Program-made: the position numbers and the translations under genes | Assembly: GCA_034408725.1 (NCBI GenBank) | Contig: JAWXCN010000170.1 | Span: forward strand, 1 to 30,280 | Origin: Candidatus Hydrogenedentota bacterium | Lineage (GTDB): Bacteria; Hydrogenedentota; Hydrogenedentia; Hydrogenedentales; SLHB01 | DNA length: 30,280 bases | Direction of reading: 5' to 3' | Part shown: positions 24,185-30,280 of the stretch, one piece after another | How positions within the stretch are numbered: position 1 is the first letter of the stretch | Layout: each line of letters opens with the position of its first letter | The notes under the pieces: generated by a model | Databases searched by the model: none | The model's input: only the letters and a program-made list of their open reading frames with translations | What the model was told of the DNA's origin: nothing

Positions 24185-25428
24185 CAATCCGGCTTTCGCA
24201 GCACCACGCCGCTGTGGGTGCCGCCAAAACTCATCGCCGTAACCAGCACCGTCGAGACGTCGTTCAATCGCGCGCGATGCGGCACGTAATCAAGATCGCA
24301 CTCCGGATCGGACTCGTCAAGATTAATCGTTGGTGGAATAACACCGCGCTCCAGACACATCAACGCCGCCCCTACACCCAGAAGGCCGCCCGCGGCATAC
24401 GGCTGTCCGGTCATGGATTTCGGCGCGGTGATCGGAATGTGGTGCGCGTGGGCGCCCAGCGCTTTTTTGTAGGCCGAGGTTTCGCTGCGATCATACATCG
24501 GCAGCGAAACACCGTGGCACACCGCCGCATCCAGGTCGTCCGGACGCATCCCCGCGGCCTGCAAGGACGTCCCGATCGCGCGCGCAAGGGCCCTCCCTTC
24601 CTTGTCAATGACCAGCGGATTGTTCCCTTCGGCGGCCGCGCCATAGCCTGCTACCTCCGCGTAGATACGTGCGCCCCGTGCCTTGGCCGCGGATTCGCGT
24701 TCGAGGAAGACGCAGCCAGCCCCTTCGCTGAGCACAATTCCATCCGCGGTCTTGTCGAACGGCCGCATGGCTGTGTGGGGATCATCGTTGCGTTTGGATA
24801 CGACATTCAGGGAACAGCTTACCGCCATGGTCAATGGCGTCAAAGGCGATTCCGACGCGCCTACCACCGCGGCGTCTGCGTGGCCATACCGGAGTTGTTC
24901 CACGCCCCACTGTAATACATCCAAACCCGTGGCGCACCCGCTCGCTATGGTTGTCGCCGGACCGCGGAATTTGAATGTCGTGCTCACGTTCGCAGTGGAT
25001 GCGTGGCCTGACGACGCGGATGACGCGAACTTGTCTATCTTGTCCCAACCCTGTGATTCGTACGTTTCCCGATACCGCAGGTAATGCTCGTCCGGGGCGC
25101 CGACGCTTGTGCCAAACCCCACCGCGACGCGTTCGGGCGCGTACCCTGCCTTCGCGAATTCGGCATCGTCGTATGCAAGGCGCGCGCACGCCACCGATTG
25201 ATGGACATGGCTGTGCCAGCGTTTGATGTCTGCTTTGGATAAAAAATCCTCCGGGTTGAAGTCCCAGAGTTGCCCCCCAATATGGCAGGGAAATGGACTC
25301 GTGTCAAAACGTGTTATCAGGCCTATGCCCGACTTGCCCCGTTCCAGCGAGTCCCAAAACGCCGGCAATCCGATTCCGTTGCACGCCAAGATCCCGGCTC
25401 CCGTAATGACAATTCGATCAACCGGCAC
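24184..25428 (-). CDS. FabF-like beta-ketoacyl synthase family protein with atypical active site
   Basis: IVITGAG, ASGCATG (Cys), RPFD..DG..LSEGAG, CHGVSL, PKSMTGQP, IPPTIN and SFGGTH. Confidence 0.88.
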   Translation of the reverse strand: MPVDRIVITGAGILACNGIGLPAFWDSLERGKSGIGLITRFDTSPFPCHIGGQLWDFNPEDFLSKADIKRWHSHVHQSVACARLAYDDAEFAKAGYAPERVAVGFGTSVGAPDEHYLRYRETYESQGWDKIDKFASSASSGHASTANVSTTFKFRGPATTIASGCATGLDVLQWGVEQLRYGHADAAVVGASESPLTPLTMAVSCSLNVVSKRNDDPHTAMRPFDKTADGIVLSEGAGCVFLERESAAKARGARIYAEVAGYGAAAEGNNPLVIDKEGRALARAIGTSLQAAGMRPDDLDAAVCHGVSLPMYDRSETSAYKKALGAHAHHIPITAPKSMTGQPYAAGGLLGVGAALMCLERGVIPPTINLDESDPECDLDYVPHRARLNDVSTVLVTAMSFGGTHSGVVLRKPD

Positions 25429-25431
25429 AAC

Positions 25432-27117
25432 TTAGTTTCCTACCGCAAGGCGTTCGGTGTCTCGTGCGCGCAAGGCCATTCGCTTTGCGGGCACGCATGC
25501 CACCTCGTTAAACAAATCCACCATCGTGGCGACACCCATCGCATCACCACGGTGAAAATCCCGCTGCATTCGCGCCGCATACTCGGCTTCCCGCCCGGAG
25601 TCCGCCACGATTCGCGCAAGCCGCACAATATCTTCTGGCAGCGAAGCAGAAATACCGCGTTGTTCAATGTCGCGCGCCAGCCCGCGGTATTGTTCGGCAA
25701 CCTCTTGCTCACTCCAGGCGCCCGTCCGATACGGACGCGCCGCCCAGTGTTGCCGCACGCAGGGATATTTCCGGGCCGCCGCCAATGCGCGCTCGTAGTA
25801 GTGCCCCGAATCAATGCCGAAACCCAGTCTCCCCTTCTCAGTGTACCACCGCGAACCAGGCACGACCGCCGGTGTCGTCAGGGGCGCGGCATCAGGTCGC
25901 GCGCGCTCAATGATGCGCAGCGTTTCCGCGCGCGTGTGTACATCGTCTGCCGGCGATGGATACGTAAAACGCGCGATGGTGTAAATGCCTGCCTGTTTGG
26001 CGCATCGAAGCGTACGTTCCAACTCCGTAACCGTCGTCCCGGTAACGTAATACTGATCGAGCAATCGCTGGCTACCTGTGTGTATCGGAAAAGAAAGTGC
26101 GGTACAGCCCGATGCAAAAAGGCCCGGAAACGTAGCCGGCACCGCATGCGCAGGATCGCACGACCGCGTGTATGCGGCGGAAATACCCCGGCGCAACATT
26201 TCGAGCGCAACGGCGCTGACATGCGAAGCGGGCGCGGCTTCGCCCGTGAAATGAAACGCGCGCGCCCCGAACAAAGTGCCGGCCCGCCACATTTCGTTGC
26301 ACACCGCGCCGACAGTCCGCATGCGCGGTAAACCGCCGTCGTGGTCGTCATCATTCACACAACGAACCGGAGAGCGGCAGTCATCGATCTCGAACAGCCG
26401 AAGCTTTTGTTCTGCCTTCAACGCTGGATATGCATCTGGATCGTAGACCGGCGCGGGCAATGACGAGAAGCTCGTCGCGTCTTCGCGGCCGGTCTCACGG
26501 ATGCGATTGCCTTCCGCGTACAAAATATTCGGAATAGACCCCCAAAGATGCATGGCCTCGATCCGCTCGGCGAGCGCCACCAGCGTGGCCTCCGTCTCGG
26601 CAATGCACACAACGTCGATTCCCTCATGGGCAAGCTCGGCGCCATACGCCTCCGCCATCGCTCCGAATGCCACTATCTTCAGTTTCGGCCGTTGCGCGCG
26701 AAGCGGGCGAATAATGGCGAGCGTGCTGAGAATGTCTTCAACCGCATTCAGCATAAACGCCGCAAAGTGCAAACCACGCTGGCATGCCAGTTGTCCGGCG
26801 ATTTCGCGAGCGGCTTCCAAGCGCCGTTCGCGAAACAAGCGGTTCGCTGTATTCATCTGCCACAGAAAATGGAGCGTCTGCAAGGGGTTGGCGAATCCGT
26901 CCGCGGCCATCGCGTCTGAAACCCGAACAGCCAAATCAGAGGGTTTGCCTCGGACGAGGCGATGGACCATTTCTACAGTGCCATAATCGAGGACGCGGGT
27001 TTCGTGACCTTGATCCAGTAAACTGCCCGCAACCGAGGCCATGAGCCGGCTTGGAATCAGGGCTTGTGGCTCAAAGGGGTATCCGGGAAAATAAACCAGG
27101 ACACTGCGAGTCTTCAT
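25432..27117 (-). CDS. B12-binding/radical-SAM-fold protein lacking the CX3CX2C motif
   Basis: GHETRVLDY, DVVCIAETE, IPNILY, LPAPVYD, GC...HTGSQRLL and VPGSRW follow the layout of cobalamin-dependent radical SAM proteins. The cluster-motif region reads DDCRSPVRCVNDDDH. GGGGAG SD before the ATG at 27117. Confidence 0.75.
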   Translation of the reverse strand: MKTRSVLVYFPGYPFEPQALIPSRLMASVAGSLLDQGHETRVLDYGTVEMVHRLVRGKPSDLAVRVSDAMAADGFANPLQTLHFLWQMNTANRLFRERRLEAAREIAGQLACQRGLHFAAFMLNAVEDILSTLAIIRPLRAQRPKLKIVAFGAMAEAYGAELAHEGIDVVCIAETEATLVALAERIEAMHLWGSIPNILYAEGNRIRETGREDATSFSSLPAPVYDPDAYPALKAEQKLRLFEIDDCRSPVRCVNDDDHDGGLPRMRTVGAVCNEMWRAGTLFGARAFHFTGEAAPASHVSAVALEMLRRGISAAYTRSCDPAHAVPATFPGLFASGCTALSFPIHTGSQRLLDQYYVTGTTVTELERTLRCAKQAGIYTIARFTYPSPADDVHTRAETLRIIERARPDAAPLTTPAVVPGSRWYTEKGRLGFGIDSGHYYERALAAARKYPCVRQHWAARPYRTGAWSEQEVAEQYRGLARDIEQRGISASLPEDIVRLARIVADSGREAEYAARMQRDFHRGDAMGVATMVDLFNEVACVPAKRMALRARDTERLAVGN

Positions 27118-27240
27118 GATGGCTCCCCGTCTGAGCACCCCGAAAAGGTGCCCCAAACCCATGATCACGACCGCCTGACACCACAACGGCCTCGAAAATC
27201 ATGGCCGAAATAGGTCATCACTACGCAATATATCGTGGTG

Positions 27241-27269
27241 AGTATAGCAAGTCTACAATATGTGTGCAA
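27241..27269 (-). promoter_or_regulatory. Sigma70 promoter with extended -10 for the five-gene operon
   Basis: Minus strand TTGCAC-17 nt-TATACT with TGn immediately before the -10 element. Confidence 0.7.
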
Positions 27270-27463
27270 GCGCCAATTTTGGGTACAACATATTGTTGGC
27301 ACTAGGGAAGTTAGTGTGACGCTTGCTCTTAACATATTATATTGCAATAACTTAGGAAGTTTTATTGCCCAATGGCCTCCGCCGCCCAAAATTCCCTGCA
27401 ACGCAGAACTCACGACCGGCATTATAATATAGGATGAAGGTATGCCTTCTTGAAGGAGCGCCG

Positions 27464-28315
27464 ATGAACGGGCCTGCTGAAAATAAAGAAATCGTGACGA
27501 CGGATAATCACACCGTAACGCCGGAAATCCTGTCCCCGGCAGAAACGACTGAAACCGAGTCATCCTCGGTCACCCACGTTGTAGTAAGGCGACGCGACTC
27601 CGCGGCTTGGGCCGTGGCCAGCGTCTTCATCGTCGCCATCCTCGCTGCCGCCTACGTGGTCTACAGTGTCATCTATTCCCTGCCATCCGACGCGATCAAG
27701 ACCGGCGGTGAGGTCGCAAAGACCGTCGCCAAAGAGGCCTCGAGCGTGCCGGAACGCCTGGCCGCGGCGCTTCGGCCAAATGTTAATGTAACGACGCTCA
27801 TGGCGAGCGCGATTGACAACGTAAAAAGCGACGGCAAGCTGGTCGTCATGACCGCGGATGTAGACGTTGAAATCAGTAAGGTCAGCGAGAAAGTCGTGTG
27901 GGAGATGCTGCGGCTTGGCGATACGACCGTGCGGCTGCGCGTGCGCGATAACAAAGTGCAGTATTTTATACCCATGGACAGCTTTACCGAAAAGAATGTC
28001 ACCTACAACATTGAATCAGACGCGCTGCTTGTTACCGTCCCTGCTCCGGAACTTGACCGAACCATCGTGGACGTTCAAAGCGACCCCGATTTCATCGAAG
28101 CTGAAACGAGCCTGGGCTGGGGCCGTTGGTCATCGGGTGAGTTCTTGATGGACGCCGCGCAACGTGAGCTGCGCGAAGCGGTCCTGCGCGAAGGAGCCAA
28201 CTCGCTCTTGCAAGAAAAGGCCCGCGACGAAGCCGAGCAGGCCGTACGTACGCTATTTGATGGACTGCGCCCACACCTCCGCGAAGGAGTGTCCATCCAG
28301 GTACAATTCAGCTAA
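27464..28315 (+). CDS. DUF4230-like single-TM protein
   Basis: GAAGGAG SD before the ATG at 27464. TM helix, KLVV...KVQYFIPM...LLVTVPAPEL and LLQEKARDEAEQAVRTLF. Confidence 0.7.
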   Translation: MNGPAENKEIVTTDNHTVTPEILSPAETTETESSSVTHVVVRRRDSAAWAVASVFIVAILAAAYVVYSVIYSLPSDAIKTGGEVAKTVAKEASSVPERLAAALRPNVNVTTLMASAIDNVKSDGKLVVMTADVDVEISKVSEKVVWEMLRLGDTTVRLRVRDNKVQYFIPMDSFTEKNVTYNIESDALLVTVPAPELDRTIVDVQSDPDFIEAETSLGWGRWSSGEFLMDAAQRELREAVLREGANSLLQEKARDEAEQAVRTLFDGLRPHLREGVSIQVQFS

Positions 28316-28344
28316 ATCGAAACCCGCGGAGCGAACAGCATCAC

Positions 28345-28638
28345 ATGCCAGAACAAAAAGTCGTCGTCGTCGAGGAGAAACCGCGCGGGTGCATGGGGAT
28401 CGGAATCGCAATGCTTGGCGTTCTCGGTTCAGGAGCCTGGCTGTTGAACTTTACGGCGGGTATTGTGGAACTTCCGGACATGCTCCCCATCTTCGGAAAC
28501 ATTGATGAGGCGGCGGCAGCCGCTGTATTCTTCAGTTGCCTTCGCTACTTAGGAATCGATGTGCTGCCGTTTGGGCGAAAGCAGCAGGTAACTACGCGCG
28601 AAATCATCGATGTAACGCCGGCCTCGAAACGGAAATAA
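28345..28638 (+). CDS. DUF1232/YkvA-like small membrane protein
   Basis: WLLNFTAGIVELPDMLPIFGNIDEA. Confidence 0.75.
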   Translation: MPEQKVVVVEEKPRGCMGIGIAMLGVLGSGAWLLNFTAGIVELPDMLPIFGNIDEAAAAAVFFSCLRYLGIDVLPFGRKQQVTTREIIDVTPASKRK

Positions 28639-28642
28639 CCCT

Positions 28643-29200
28643 TCACGCCTCCGGTGATTCTGCTTCCTTTTCGGCCTGCTCTTTTTCCATGCGAGCGATA
28701 TCGGTTTCAATTGCTTCGATCACGCTCTTGAACATGATCCGGTTCGGCTCGTTAATTTCGGACAGCGATTTATGCGCTTCCAGCAGCATCCGCGCAACAT
28801 TCAACTCGGAGTCCGAAACTTCGCGCAAGGCTTCAAGATCGCCGCGAACCGGCGTATCAACATCGAGCAGAGTAAACAGGGATTCGAATCCCGTCACCTT
28901 CAGGTTCCGTGCCATTCGGCTGGTCTCAGGTACGAGAATGGAAGCCTTGCGTCCAAAACGATCAATGGAAAGCCGTCCCACTTCCGCGAGCAAACCCAGG
29001 TTTGTACTGTCCATCCCCTCGCACTCGGTCAGATCAATCACGATATTTTCGTAGTCGTCCTGGCCTAACAGTCGATCCACGAACAACCGCACCGATTTGC
29101 TGAGCGGAAATGTCCATTGATCAGTAAAACCAATGGACCCTACGAATTTGAGTACATACACGTTCTCGAAGCGCGCATACAGAACCTGTCCCGGCACCAT
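28643..29200 (-). CDS. STAS-domain anti-sigma-factor antagonist
   Basis: YVLKFVG, IDLTECEGMDSTNLGLL (phosphoacceptor Ser) and a MLLEAHKSLSEINEPNRIMFKSV tail. Confidence 0.88.
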   Translation of the reverse strand: MVPGQVLYARFENVYVLKFVGSIGFTDQWTFPLSKSVRLFVDRLLGQDDYENIVIDLTECEGMDSTNLGLLAEVGRLSIDRFGRKASILVPETSRMARNLKVTGFESLFTLLDVDTPVRGDLEALREVSDSELNVARMLLEAHKSLSEINEPNRIMFKSVIEAIETDIARMEKEQAEKEAESPEA

Positions 29201-29385
29201 GAAAAATTATCCCCCAAACCCCATCTCTTGTGACCCTGCGCATGGTACCCGTTACGGAATGCCTGAATCGAATCAATCGGGCAGGAGGCATTGAATTCGA
29301 TCCACCTCGCGCAGTACCTTCCAGAGGCAACGTTCCCGTACCGCATTTCTGTGCTGCGCCGTCTGTCCGTCAGAAAGATCACCTA

Positions 29386-29414
29386 TTGCATTTCTGTCAA
29401 TAATTTACTATACT
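29386..29414 (+). promoter_or_regulatory. Sigma70 promoter for the 29435 gene
   Basis: TTGCAT-17 nt-TATACT, followed by a GGGGAG SD and the GTG at 29435. Confidence 0.7.
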
Positions 29415-29434
29415 CCAGATAAGGGGAGCCAATC

Positions 29435-29938
29435 GTGATTCTGCACATTCGCGCCAAGCAGGAACGCATCATCGAAGCCGTACGCAACGGCTTGGAAGGC
29501 CTTGCAGCCGTCGAGTTTATCCAGCAGAGCGGCTACGCCATGACCCCCGCCGGCATCGCCAAGCATCTTCGCAGCATGGGCGGACGCGGGCATATCCAAC
29601 GAAGAATCACCCAAGGGGAAACGAACTTTGAAATCCTGCAAGAATGTTTCCCGGATGATGACTTGAGCCAACTCCGTTCCGACCCGCCCGAACAGGCCGA
29701 ACTCTTTGTGCAAAAAACGTCCGCTCCCTTCCCACGGGGTCCCGTGGCAAGGCCCGAAAACATCTACGAGATGAGGAAAATGGCCATTAAAGTTCCCGCT
29801 GATCTCTACGAAGCCATTCGGCTGGCGTCAAAAGCCGAAAACAAAAGCCAGAACGATCTCATTGTAGACGTGCTGACGTCCGCATTGGCCCGGGTGCCAA
29901 TTGCCGGCCTGGATCGGGATAACCTGGAAGATCGTTAG
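29435..29938 (+). CDS. Putative DNA-binding protein with C-terminal ribbon-helix-helix
   Basis: KMAIKVPADLYEAIRLASKAENKSQNDLIVDVL fits the Arc/CopG pattern. Has its own promoter and SD. Confidence 0.7.
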   Translation: MILHIRAKQERIIEAVRNGLEGLAAVEFIQQSGYAMTPAGIAKHLRSMGGRGHIQRRITQGETNFEILQECFPDDDLSQLRSDPPEQAELFVQKTSAPFPRGPVARPENIYEMRKMAIKVPADLYEAIRLASKAENKSQNDLIVDVLTSALARVPIAGLDRDNLEDR

Positions 29939-29963
29939 TGGCCCGGAGCCCTGCGAGTTCCGG

Positions 29964-30280
<317 letters not shown>

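Noticed and set aside
24184-25428. Calling the ketosynthase fabF or a type II PKS chain-length factor
   Set aside because: The active site deviates from FabF, the catalytic Cys is retained unlike in CLF, and there is no ACP or partner KS in the window.
27296-27312. TTGGCAC as a possible sigma54 -24 element
   Set aside because: There is no GC at the -12 position (GG-N10-GT), so sigma54 autoregulation is not supported.
27340-27349. TATTGCAATA palindrome
   Set aside because: A short palindrome in an AT-rich spacer cannot be distinguished from chance without comparative data.

Overview
This is a GC-rich bacterial chromosomal window with about 27 genes and no recognisable rRNA, tRNA, CRISPR array or transposase. 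The style of the surface protein and the intergenic repeats is compatible with Hydrogenedentota or a PVC-like lineage, but that is inference only. The left part holds a partial glycosyltransferase, an SRPBCC plus two-membrane-protein cluster, a PLP class-V enzyme, MaoC, ACBP, nagB, an ArnT/PMT-type glycosyltransferase, and a PQQ sugar dehydrogenase-like surface protein with Ca-binding repeats and a C-terminal sorting signal. The middle holds a NagD-like/Zn-dehydrogenase/ceramidase-like/membrane-protein operon and a pfkB-pepA-mtaB-larE run. The most unusual feature is a tightly coupled five-gene minus-strand operon (27117 to 18291). It encodes a B12/radical-SAM-fold protein lacking CX3CX2C, a FabF-like ketosynthase with Gln at the second catalytic His, an intact multi-TM GAF-PAS histidine kinase, a REC-GAF-PAS pseudo-histidine kinase (H-box His to Gln), and a sigma54 activator. 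It sits behind a near-consensus sigma70 promoter overlapped by three boxes spaced 30 bp apart. The right end holds DUF4230-like, DUF1232-like, STAS, RHH-type and partial cheB genes.
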